This document shows positions 10,675-19,524 of a DNA stretch of 64,000 nucleotides, piece by piece (positions within the stretch are counted from its first letter, which is position 1; the number at the start of each line of letters is the position of its first letter). Below the pieces are notes generated by a model. That model saw nothing but the letters and a program-made list of their open reading frames with translations, had not been told where the DNA came from and ran no database searches. This DNA is from an uncultured Gemmataceae bacterium. Its GTDB lineage: Bacteria > Planctomycetota > Planctomycetia > Gemmatales > Gemmataceae. The translations under genes and the position numbers were made by a program. Where the stretch lies: the NCBI GenBank assembly GCA_963750165.1, contig CAVVPN010000004.1, positions 864,001 to 928,000 of the forward strand, read 5' to 3'.

Positions 10675-12809
10675 ACCGCATGGCCTCGTGTCCCCCTCTC
10701 ACCGAGACGTTCGCGCAAATGCTGCGGCAGCAGACGCCGAACTTCCTGCGGCTCTACCTCAACCCGTATGTGGCGCAGGCGTGCTATTGCCTGACCGAGT
10801 CCGTGCGCTACACCTTCAGCACCACCGGCGAATACCAGACCTTTCTGGCGAACTGCTTCGACGAGGCGCTGAGCGGCGCCATCAAGCTCGCCCGCTACGC
10901 CGCCAGCGTCGCCGGCCGGCCGACCGCCGGCCTCATCCTCGACCCGCACGACTGCCTCGGCCCCTACGCCAGTGCCCGGGCGGGCAACGGCCGGGTCGAA
11001 TTCCTGCCGGGCCTCACGGTCATCGGCAAGGGCGCGGCCCCCGAGACGGCCCTGGCGTCGCGCGGCCCGTTCGGCCTGGTTGTGCTGGTGGCCAGCGGCG
11101 GCCCGGTGTCCGTGGCGCCGCTGGAGACGCTCCGCGAACTGGTCCGCCGCGACGCCCCGCTGCTCATCACCTGCCTGGACCGTTTCAACTTGACGGTGCT
11201 GCGCGCCACCGTCGGGATGATGCGCGGCCTGACGCCCGACATCACCATCTTCGACGAATCCTTCACGGACCACGCCGTCCCCTTCGCCGCGTTCACCGCC
11301 CGCAAGGAGCTGTACGACCACTGGAACCGGCCCGGCAAAACCACCTTCCACTCGACCACGTTCCAGCCGAACACCATCGCGAGCCTGCACTTTTTGCGCT
11401 GCCTCGCCGAGTCGGACGCGGAGTTCTACGCCCAGTGGCGGCCGGAGCTGGAGAAGATGCAATCCGACCTGCGCGTCTGCGGCGACTACTTCCGCCGGTT
11501 GTACAGCCCGTCGCTGTATCGCCTCATCCGCGCCACCGGCTTCGCCACGGACGACATCCGCGCCGCCGGCGACTTCGTCCACGTCAACGGCCAGCCGATC
11601 CTCGATACCGTGAGCGGCGTGGCGTGCAGCGTCCGCGGCCACAACCCGCCCGGCTACGCCGCCGAGGTCGAGGCGCTGGCCGGCGTGGACTGCGAGGCCG
11701 AGGTCACGGCCCGGCTGCAGGCGCTGACGGGCCTGGACTGCGTGCTGCCGGCGGTCAGCGGCGCCACCGCGGTCGAGAACGCGCTGAAGCTGGCGCTCGT
11801 CGCCCAGTACCCGCGGCGGCACGTGCTGGCTCTGCAGTCCGGCTTCGGCGGCAAGACGCTACTGGCGCTGACCGGCACCGCGAACCCGTCGTACAAGGAG
11901 CGCATCGAGCCGCTGTACGCGGACGTGCATTACGTGGACCCCTTCGCCGCGGACGCCGAGTCCCAGATTGACGCGGTGCTGAACCAACACGCCGTCGCGG
12001 TGGTGCAGCTGGAACTCATCCAGGCGGTTGGCGGCGTGCGTCGCGTGCCGGAGCGCGTGGTCCGCCACCTGGAGGCGCGGCGGCGGCAAGCGGGCTATCT
12101 GCTGCTCGTGGACGAGGTGCAGACCGGCATGTACCGCACCGGCCCGTTCACCCTGTCCGGGGCGCTGGGCCTGGCGCCGGACCTGCTGCTGCTGGGCAAG
12201 GGCACATCGGACATGATGTTCCCGTTCGCGCTGCTACAATACTCGGCCGCGGTGCGCGAACGGCTCGAACGAGCTGGCTCCGACCTGGCCGCCGTGCTCC
12301 GCCAGCGCTACGGCTACGAGTACGGCTACCGCACGGTGCTCAACGTGCTGCGCTTCGCGGAAGCATGCTCGCTGGCCGCACGGGTCACGGCGTCGGGCGA
12401 GCTGTTCGCCCGGCTGCTGAGCGAGCAGCTGGCCGGCTGCCCGGCGGTGCGTGAGGTGCGGGCGTTCGGTCTGCTGATCGGCATCGAACTGGACGACGCC
12501 CGCTGGCCGCGGCGCTGGTTCCGCAAGCGCCTGGCGACGCTGTATCTGTTCAGCATGTTGCGCCACCACCACTATCCGGTGCTGGCGGGCTTCTGCCAGT
12601 ACGAGCCGAACGTGTTGAAGATCACGCCGGCCCTGACGGTGGCCGAGGGCGAGCTGCGTGCGCTGTGCGCGACGCTCGCGGAGGTGTTGAAGAGCCCCTT
12701 TACCCGGGTGTTGACGGCGGCGCTGGGCGGCCTGCTGTGGCCGTCCGGCGTCAGGAGACCGAAGCATGAGCACGCTAACGACCGAGCCGATGACGCTGTG
12801 GCGCGTTGA
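10671..12809 (+). CDS. Class III PLP-dependent aminotransferase with tandem domains (HpnO/PatA-like)
   Basis: C-half has ILDTVSG..GHNPP, VSGATAVENALK, FGGKT, LELIQAVGG, LLVDEVQTGMYRTG, PDLLLLGKG and VRAFGLLIGIEL. N-half is a degenerate copy (EALSGAIKLARY, HSTTFQPN). Confidence 0.9.
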   Translation: MNRMASCPPLTETFAQMLRQQTPNFLRLYLNPYVAQACYCLTESVRYTFSTTGEYQTFLANCFDEALSGAIKLARYAASVAGRPTAGLILDPHDCLGPYASARAGNGRVEFLPGLTVIGKGAAPETALASRGPFGLVVLVASGGPVSVAPLETLRELVRRDAPLLITCLDRFNLTVLRATVGMMRGLTPDITIFDESFTDHAVPFAAFTARKELYDHWNRPGKTTFHSTTFQPNTIASLHFLRCLAESDAEFYAQWRPELEKMQSDLRVCGDYFRRLYSPSLYRLIRATGFATDDIRAAGDFVHVNGQPILDTVSGVACSVRGHNPPGYAAEVEALAGVDCEAEVTARLQALTGLDCVLPAVSGATAVENALKLALVAQYPRRHVLALQSGFGGKTLLALTGTANPSYKERIEPLYADVHYVDPFAADAESQIDAVLNQHAVAVVQLELIQAVGGVRRVPERVVRHLEARRRQAGYLLLVDEVQTGMYRTGPFTLSGALGLAPDLLLLGKGTSDMMFPFALLQYSAAVRERLERAGSDLAAVLRQRYGYEYGYRTVLNVLRFAEACSLAARVTASGELFARLLSEQLAGCPAVREVRAFGLLIGIELDDARWPRRWFRKRLATLYLFSMLRHHHYPVLAGFCQYEPNVLKITPALTVAEGELRALCATLAEVLKSPFTRVLTAALGGLLWPSGVRRPKHEHANDRADDAVAR

Positions 12810-13272
12810 CTTCACGGGACTGTACGGACGACACCTGTGCCGGCACTCGCAGTTCGGCATCAACCTGACGCACCTGCTGGCGCTGGCCGGTGTCTGGTTC
12901 GGGGTGTACGCCCTGCTGTATCACGCGACGCAGTTGGTGTGGCTGCCGTGGGCGCTGGCAGGAGCGTACCTCGCCGTGGTGGCGCTCAACGCGCCGCTGC
13001 GCGTCTGCCTGGCGACCGCGGCGTTCCTGGGCGTATTCCTCGCGGCGGTGTTCTGGGTGCCGGAAATGCCGTGGTGGCTGTACCTGGTGATGATCCCGGT
13101 GTTTTACGAACTGCAGGCGCTGGGCCACAAGGTCTGGACGGTGGCGGAGGACATGACGGAGTACAACAAGCTCTTCCCCAAGGGGCCGGTGCTGTCCGTG
13201 GTGCTGCTGTTCCAGGAGGTGCCGCTGACGTTGAACTACCTGCTGTTCGACTGCAAGCGCTGGCGGGCGTAA
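12766..13272 (+). CDS. Mpo1/DUF962-like integral membrane protein
   Basis: Y..H..HSQFGINLTH N-terminal His motif, about four TM helices and LQALGHK. Confidence 0.6.
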   Translation: MSTLTTEPMTLWRVDFTGLYGRHLCRHSQFGINLTHLLALAGVWFGVYALLYHATQLVWLPWALAGAYLAVVALNAPLRVCLATAAFLGVFLAAVFWVPEMPWWLYLVMIPVFYELQALGHKVWTVAEDMTEYNKLFPKGPVLSVVLLFQEVPLTLNYLLFDCKRWRA

Positions 13273-13491
13273 TGGGCTCCTGTTCCTCTCGACCGAGATC
13301 AGTAAGCCGCGCGTGTCAGCCAGCCCAGCAACAGCAGCGCGGGCACAAGGCGTCGCAATGCTATCATGGGACGCGGCAACCGCAAATAACCCCGGGGTCA
13401 GGAGACGGCCGGCGTTCGCCAGTCGCCTCCCAACCCCGGATCATTCCCCCGACCCGGCCGTGCGAACTGCGGCCAAATGCGGCGGTCGCGG

Positions 13492-13980
13492 TTACTCGTA
13501 GGTCTGCAGATACCACTCCAGAAGCCCGCGGGCGGTTGGGCTGTACTGTCTCAACGATCCCGGCGGCTCCCCAAGCAGGGCCTCCAGGCCAGCCCGCAAG
13601 AGGTAGACGGCGCCTTCAGCAACAGTGCCGGGGCCATAGGTGGTGTTGTGGGTGCCGTTGCTGGTGAACTGCAGCGCGCCGTCCCGGGAGAATTGAAAGT
13701 TCATCGTCGCCCAGTACGTTTGTTGCTGCCACTCGAAATGGAACTTGTACGTCAGACGGAACGAGCCGTCGGCGAACGTCTGGAGGGTGCCGTTGGTGTC
13801 GAGCGACCGGAAAGTGGACCCCGGATACATGTACAGGGCGACGGCGCGGCTGTGCTTGACGACCAGGCGCTGACCGCGCTCCACCTGCGCGGACGCCGTC
13901 CCCGCCAGCACCAGCGCCAGCACCAGTGCGAAGGCATACGGCAGCGCCTTCGCCAACAGACTCCTGCTCTGCGAGTTCAT
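13492..13980 (-). CDS. Secreted hypothetical protein
   Basis: gagga RBS and a signal peptide ending LAGTASA-Q. Confidence 0.7.
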   Translation of the reverse strand: MNSQSRSLLAKALPYAFALVLALVLAGTASAQVERGQRLVVKHSRAVALYMYPGSTFRSLDTNGTLQTFADGSFRLTYKFHFEWQQQTYWATMNFQFSRDGALQFTSNGTHNTTYGPGTVAEGAVYLLRAGLEALLGEPPGSLRQYSPTARGLLEWYLQTYE

Positions 13981-14264
13981 GGTGATCCTCAGGAAAAACC
14001 GGTTCGTCGGGCCGGACCCACGCCGACCCTTCTACAACAGGAGTCCCTGGCCGCCGCCGTCATGGGACAAAAAAAAGGCAAGTCCGGAAAAAAAAGCATC
14101 TCCAGAAAGATCGTAAAGATGAAGACGGGGCGCTCGAATTATGGGTAGAAGATTTATCCTCTAACTTTTTTGTCCCACCAACCCTCAAAAGGAGAACTCC
14201 TTCTACAACGGAACCAACTCCCCGGGTTACACCCACTTCCTTACCTCTGAAGGATACTTTCGCG

Positions 14265-14862
14265 ATGGCTGAACCGATGTCGGGTGACGCGGCGGGCGCG
14301 GAAGCGCCGCTGGACTGGGTGAAGCAAGTCCTGGCCGGACGGGAGGCCGAAGACCGGCTCGCAGCCTGGCTACGGGACAAGCTGAAGCCGCGCCGGCAAG
14401 CGTCTCGGGTACGAACCGCAAGGTGGCGCGGACGCTTCGGACGCCGCCCAGAACGGTGTCATGAAAATTTTGAATCGGCTCCACACCTTTCGCGGCACCA
14501 CCGTGGGGGAGTTGGTGAACTGGGCGGCACTGATCGTGGACAGCGAGGCGATTGACCTGTTCAACAAGGAGCGCGCCGGGCACAGACACCCGCACGCCCT
14601 GCCGGCGCACGAAAACCTTCAGGCACTCGGGGACGGCCCACAAACGGAGGCGGCCCGCGCCGACCGTGCCCGGTTCATCGCCGACTTGCTCTCGAAGATA
14701 CTGGACGAAAAGGACCGGCTAATGGTTCAATGGCATTTGACCGAAGGGTTGACGTTGAGCGAGATCGCCGAGCGTCAGGGCTGCAGCCACGCCGCGATGC
14801 TCAAGCGCTGGCAGCGTCTGCTACCGACCCTGAAACCCTATCTGGAGCGCGAACATGGCTGA
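14265..14862 (+). CDS. ECF sigma-70 factor (kinase-associated), apparent frameshift at 14385-14395
   Basis: Frame 1 gives MAEPMSG..EDRLAAWLRDKLK. Frame 2 gives GADASDAAQNGVMKILNRLHTFRGTTVGELVNW and the region-4 HTH EGLTLSEIAERQGCSHAAMLKRWQR. Confidence 0.75.
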
Positions 14863-17800
14863 CGAACCGCAAACGCCCCTGGCGGGCGGTCCCGAGTCGC
14901 AGGGAACGCCGGACGACGGGGACACACCGCTGTCGCCGGCGCAACAGGAATTGTTCAGGCAACTGGATGAGCTATTGCAGGCCGGCCACGTTGCCGACGC
15001 CCGACAGTGGTGGGCGGACCACGGTGGCGACCCGAATTTGCTGTTGCTCGTTGATAGCCTCGACCGGTTTCGGCCGATTCCTCACATCCCCGGGTATGAC
15101 CTCCTGCGCGAGTTGGGGCGCGGTGGCATGGGGGTGGTGTACCTGGCGCGCGATCAAAAGTTGGACCAACTGGTAGCGTTGAAGGTCATCCTCTCTGGGC
15201 AATTCGCCAGTGACAACGCCCGGCAGCGGTTCCGATTCGAGGCGCAAAAGATGGCCGAGCTGGGGCGCCACCCCAACATCGTGCGCGTCTACCGATACGA
15301 CGAATACCAGGGTCACCCCTTCTACAGCATGGAACTGGTGGAAGGCACGACACTACAGGCCGCCTTCCTGGGGGTGCTGGCCGCCGACCAGGCGCCCACT
15401 GTCGGAGATCGGCCGCCGGCCACGCCACCGCACCCCGCCCCGCAACCGGCGGTAGCTGGGCGGATGGCAACGGTCGAGGAACAGCGGCGCGCCGCTGCAT
15501 TGCTGGCCACGCTGGCGGAGGCAGTCCAGTACGCCCACGACCACGGCATTATCCACCGCGACCTGAAACCGGCGAACGTTCTGCTGGATCGATCGGGAAC
15601 CCCTTACCTGTCCGATTTCGGCCTCGCCAAGGACCTCCAACGGAGGCAAGGGGTGACGGAGGAGGGCGCGGCTCTCGGCACCCCTCAGTACATGGCGCCC
15701 GAGCAGGCCCAGGGGAAGCAGTTGACCGTCCAGGCGGACGTTTACGGTCTGGGCGCCGTTTTCTTTTTCCTGCTCACGGGCCAGCCCCCGTTCCAGGCAG
15801 ACAGCCGGTTGTCGGTCTCCGACCAGCGGATGTCGATCCTCAACCAGCTGCGGGATTACCTCGACCCGCCCGCGCCGCGCGCACTGAACCCCCGCGTCAG
15901 CCCAGACGCGGAAGCGATTTGCCGGAAATGTCTGCAAAAGAAACCTGGTGATCGCTACCAATCCGCACGGGAGCTGGCGGAAGATCTGCGGCGGTTCATC
16001 AACGACGACCGGGTGAGAGCGCGAAAAAAATTGCCGTGGCGGGAACGGTTGACGCGGCGGGTGAAACGAATCACGGGCAAGGTGGCGCGCTGGGCGAACA
16101 GTAACCGCCTGGCAGCGGTGATTGGGGTGCTGCTGTTGGTGATCTCGGTGGTGGTTTTCGGTAACTGGTGGCACCAGGCGGCGGCCCAGGCGGAGGAGGC
16201 GACGGTCCAGGCCAACCGGATGATTCAATATCATGCCGAAGCAGACCGGGAGTATCTTAAAGCCCTCGCCTGGCTGGAAAAGGTGCGGCAGAACCCAGAG
16301 GACTGGGACAGTTATCACCTGGCCACCGCCGCGCTGGACCGTGCCATTCTGCTGCTCAAGGATCACTCCCCGGACGATGGCCTGTGCCTGCAAGCGAAGC
16401 GGCTCCGCGTCACCGTGGAGAAAAGCTATCAACAAGCCCGCGCCGCTGCCGCCGAGCGCGAGCGCACGCAGCACATGCGCGAACGGTTGACCCGCATTCG
16501 GCTGGGCCGTGGCGGTTCGGGAGCGACGGTCCAACCGCTCAACGAACACCGCAGGGCGGATGACTTTGCCCAGGCGTTCGCGGACTTCGGTATGGATCCG
16601 ATCAACCCCGGCGCGGGCGGCGTTGCGGCGGTGATCCAGCAAATACGGGACAGCAAGCTCCGTGTCGAGTTGGTGACGGCCTTGCTCGAATGGGCCACCG
16701 CCGAGCGCAAGGCCGGCGACATGGATCCCAGCCGGGTCAATCAGGTGATCCGCCGCTATTTCGTGTTGCTGGGCGTCGCAGAGCGGGCCGACGACAACAC
16801 CCCCTGGCACCGGCGCTTCTACTCTGCCTTGCGCGTCCCGGGGATTGCTTTTGCTAGCCTGGTGAAGCTCAGTGAGGAAACGGACCTCACCGCCCACTCA
16901 CCAGCGACCCTCGCGCTGGTGGGAGAGTTGGCTTCGCATAATCCGGCGCGGGCTGCCGCTTTTTTGAAGCGAGTGCAGCGGCAGTACCCGGGCGACTTCT
17001 GGGTCAACAACGTTTTGGCCGACACCCTGATGCGCGTGCCCGGGGCGAAGGATGAAGAAAAGCTGCTGTACGCCATGATCGCAGTGTCCCTGGCCCCGGA
17101 CGAACCCGTCGTCCACAACCGCGTGGGGGTGATCCATGCGAAGGCCGGGCGATTGGACGAGGCCTTGTCGGCCTTTCGGAAAGCCGCCGCCACCAACCCG
17201 CCCCTGGAAATGGCCTGGGCGAATCTGCTCCAGGCGCTGACCCTGGCCGAGCGGTGGGAGGAGGCCCGTGCCGTGGTGGCGCAGGCCAAAAAACATAAAT
17301 GGGGACAACCGGCGGTGTTGTCGAAGCTGGGAAAACTCCAGGGTATCCTGGGAGATTATGAGGGCGCCGCGCAAACCCTCCGTGAAGCAGTGGCCCTGGG
17401 AGATAATCCGTTCGATCCGGAACAAAGCCTGTCCCATCACGAGGCGAAAATCAACCTGAGCGCGACCCTGGAACAAATCGGGAAGTTCACGGAAGCGATC
17501 AGCGTGTTCGACGGCGGGAAGGCGTTGTCCAAAACCCACCTCCTCCATCTCCAGGCGAAGAAGGCATTGACCCGCCAGCAACAGCTGCTCGCCCTGGAGC
17601 CTCACCTGGACGAGTTGGTACGCGCTGCCAGGGACGGCAGGCCTGCGCGGGTCAGGCCCGCCGACGAACAACTGCACCTGCGGTTGTTGTGGTGCAAAGG
17701 CTATCACGCCTCGGTGCTTTGCATGCTGGAACGTCTGAGTCACCCGGCGACCAGCGCGAGTACCGTCGGCTTGTTGGTTCCGGCCTCGGGGCAAGGGCCG

Positions 17801-18187
17801 ATGTTCGCGGCTTACACCCTGGTCCCCAGAAGGACTCAGCTATCTGCCTGGGAAGTGCCCGCCAACCTGCGCCAGTCTGTGTCCTGGGTCGCCATTCAGG
17901 CCGGCTGCGGTCAGTGTCCGGATGCGGGACCGTACGGCCGCGACCAGCGCGCCCGCTGGCGTAAACTGGCCCTGGACCTGCTCCGCGCCGACCTGCAGGA
18001 GCTTGCAGCCCGGCGTAAGCACAATCCTGGGAAAGCGCTGTCGGAGTTCCGGGGGGCCTTGTCACTCTGGCGGGACCACCCCGCCATGTCGGCGGCGCGC
18101 GGCCAGTCCCTGGAGCGCTTGCCGGAGGCCGAGCGCGCTGCCTGGCGCCAAACCTGGGACGAGTTGGAAGCCCTTCTCAAACTCTGA
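14855..18187 (+). CDS. Hanks-type Ser/Thr protein kinase with a TM segment and TPR repeats
   Basis: LGRGGMGVVY, VALK, HPNIV, HRDLKPANVLL, DFGLAK, GTPQYMAPEQ, DVYGLG; TM segment; TPR helices; C-terminal LPEAERAAWRQTW. Confidence 0.95.
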   Translation: MADEPQTPLAGGPESQGTPDDGDTPLSPAQQELFRQLDELLQAGHVADARQWWADHGGDPNLLLLVDSLDRFRPIPHIPGYDLLRELGRGGMGVVYLARDQKLDQLVALKVILSGQFASDNARQRFRFEAQKMAELGRHPNIVRVYRYDEYQGHPFYSMELVEGTTLQAAFLGVLAADQAPTVGDRPPATPPHPAPQPAVAGRMATVEEQRRAAALLATLAEAVQYAHDHGIIHRDLKPANVLLDRSGTPYLSDFGLAKDLQRRQGVTEEGAALGTPQYMAPEQAQGKQLTVQADVYGLGAVFFFLLTGQPPFQADSRLSVSDQRMSILNQLRDYLDPPAPRALNPRVSPDAEAICRKCLQKKPGDRYQSARELAEDLRRFINDDRVRARKKLPWRERLTRRVKRITGKVARWANSNRLAAVIGVLLLVISVVVFGNWWHQAAAQAEEATVQANRMIQYHAEADREYLKALAWLEKVRQNPEDWDSYHLATAALDRAILLLKDHSPDDGLCLQAKRLRVTVEKSYQQARAAAAERERTQHMRERLTRIRLGRGGSGATVQPLNEHRRADDFAQAFADFGMDPINPGAGGVAAVIQQIRDSKLRVELVTALLEWATAERKAGDMDPSRVNQVIRRYFVLLGVAERADDNTPWHRRFYSALRVPGIAFASLVKLSEETDLTAHSPATLALVGELASHNPARAAAFLKRVQRQYPGDFWVNNVLADTLMRVPGAKDEEKLLYAMIAVSLAPDEPVVHNRVGVIHAKAGRLDEALSAFRKAAATNPPLEMAWANLLQALTLAERWEEARAVVAQAKKHKWGQPAVLSKLGKLQGILGDYEGAAQTLREAVALGDNPFDPEQSLSHHEAKINLSATLEQIGKFTEAISVFDGGKALSKTHLLHLQAKKALTRQQQLLALEPHLDELVRAARDGRPARVRPADEQLHLRLLWCKGYHASVLCMLERLSHPATSASTVGLLVPASGQGPMFAAYTLVPRRTQLSAWEVPANLRQSVSWVAIQAGCGQCPDAGPYGRDQRARWRKLALDLLRADLQELAARRKHNPGKALSEFRGALSLWRDHPAMSAARGQSLERLPEAERAAWRQTWDELEALLKL

Positions 18188-18193
18188 AGGATG

Positions 18194-18805
18194 CTACGGA
18201 GTTGACCGCGGGGCCGTCAGCACATCCAGGACGGCGCTGAGGCCCTGGTCGTCGGCCAGGGCGCGCATCTTCGACAGATCCAGGAACTGCGTGCGAACGT
18301 GGTTCACCAGACGCACGTCATGCGGGTCGCCGCCGTGGACGCGGACGTAGGCCAGCACCATGACCGCGGTCTTGAGCACGTTGGCGCGGACGCGGCGCGT
18401 CTGCGGGGCGTAGCGGGCCGGGTGGACGTGGACGTAACGGTCGTGCTCACCCCCGCAGCGCAGCACCCAGCGCGAGTCGTCCGCCGGCAGCGTCACCACC
18501 TGATAACCGCCGCCCTCCGCCACCCAGGCCCGAAACGCCGGCAGCTCCAGCCGCCCCGCCCCGCGCAACTCCGCCAGCACGCGCGTGCCGATCTCCACTG
18601 GTGTCAGGGCGCCGACGTACAGGTCCATCAGTTCGCTGCCGATGACCGCCAGCTGCGCCGCCAGGTTCGGCAGCGCCGCCGCATCGGCGTCGGCGACGCG
18701 CTGGCGCAGGTCGCCGGCGTGGTGCTTCCAGGTGTTGAACAGCGCGGGCGGCGGCACCTCGTTGTGCAGATGCCGGCCCAGGGGGGTGTCGCTGATGGCG
18801 TTCAT
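18194..18805 (-). CDS. Conserved hypothetical protein
   Basis: 203-aa ORF with normal codon usage, containing FNTWKHH, LMDLYVG and YVHVHPARY. Confidence 0.7.
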   Translation of the reverse strand: MNAISDTPLGRHLHNEVPPPALFNTWKHHAGDLRQRVADADAAALPNLAAQLAVIGSELMDLYVGALTPVEIGTRVLAELRGAGRLELPAFRAWVAEGGGYQVVTLPADDSRWVLRCGGEHDRYVHVHPARYAPQTRRVRANVLKTAVMVLAYVRVHGGDPHDVRLVNHVRTQFLDLSKMRALADDQGLSAVLDVLTAPRSTP

Positions 18806-18926
18806 TACGGTTGTGTCTCCACAAGGGGTTGTGAGTGACCGCGGGAAAGACAGGCGCCGGCCGCGAAAAGTTCACCCGCCCTTGCTATACTGGCACGAAA
18901 ACCAACTCCGGAAGAGGAAGCGTCCG

Positions 18927-19460
18927 ATGCCGTTGAACATTGCACAACTCGGTCAACCCGCGCTGCGGAAGGTCGCGCGTGCAGTGACCGTTGAGGAAAT
19001 CCGCACCCCCGAGTTCCAGGGCCACATTGATGCCATGTTGGAGACGCTGACGGCGGCACACGGAGCGGGCCTGGCGGCGCCACAGGTGTTCGACGACCGC
19101 CGGCTGTTCCTGGCCCTGGCGCTGCCGCCGGCGCCGAACCGCGAACTGCCCGGCGTGGAGGTGTTCATCAACCCGGTTGTGACGCCGCTGAGCCCGGAGC
19201 GGGAGTCGGCCTGGGAGGGCTGCCTGAGCTTCATGGAACTGCTGGTGCTGGTGTCACGCTGGCAACACGTGCGCATCGATTACCTCGACCGCCACGGCAC
19301 GCCGAAGGCGCTGGAACTGTGCCAGTTCCCGGCACGCGTGGTGCAGCACGAACTGGATCACCTCGACGGCGTGCTGACCCTTGATCGGGCGGAGAGCACG
19401 CGGGACATCATCAAGGCGTCGGAGATCGAGGCGGTGCTGCGGGAGCGCGAGGAGGCGTGA
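18927..19460 (+). CDS. def: Peptide deformylase
   Basis: GAGLAAPQV, EGCLS, QHELDHLDG. Confidence 0.95.
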   Translation: MPLNIAQLGQPALRKVARAVTVEEIRTPEFQGHIDAMLETLTAAHGAGLAAPQVFDDRRLFLALALPPAPNRELPGVEVFINPVVTPLSPERESAWEGCLSFMELLVLVSRWQHVRIDYLDRHGTPKALELCQFPARVVQHELDHLDGVLTLDRAESTRDIIKASEIEAVLREREEA

Positions 19461-19467
19461 CCGTCTT

Positions 19468-19520
19468 CTTTCTGCCGCTGGCGGCGTAGCGGGGAGCGCC
19501 CTGCTGCCAGCGGCAGAAAG
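19468..19520. repeat. Palindrome between convergent genes (TTTCTGCCGCT family, cf. 27773-27824)
   Basis: ctttctgccgctggcggc / gctgccagcggcagaaag. Confidence 0.7.
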
Positions 19521-19524
19521 GCCG

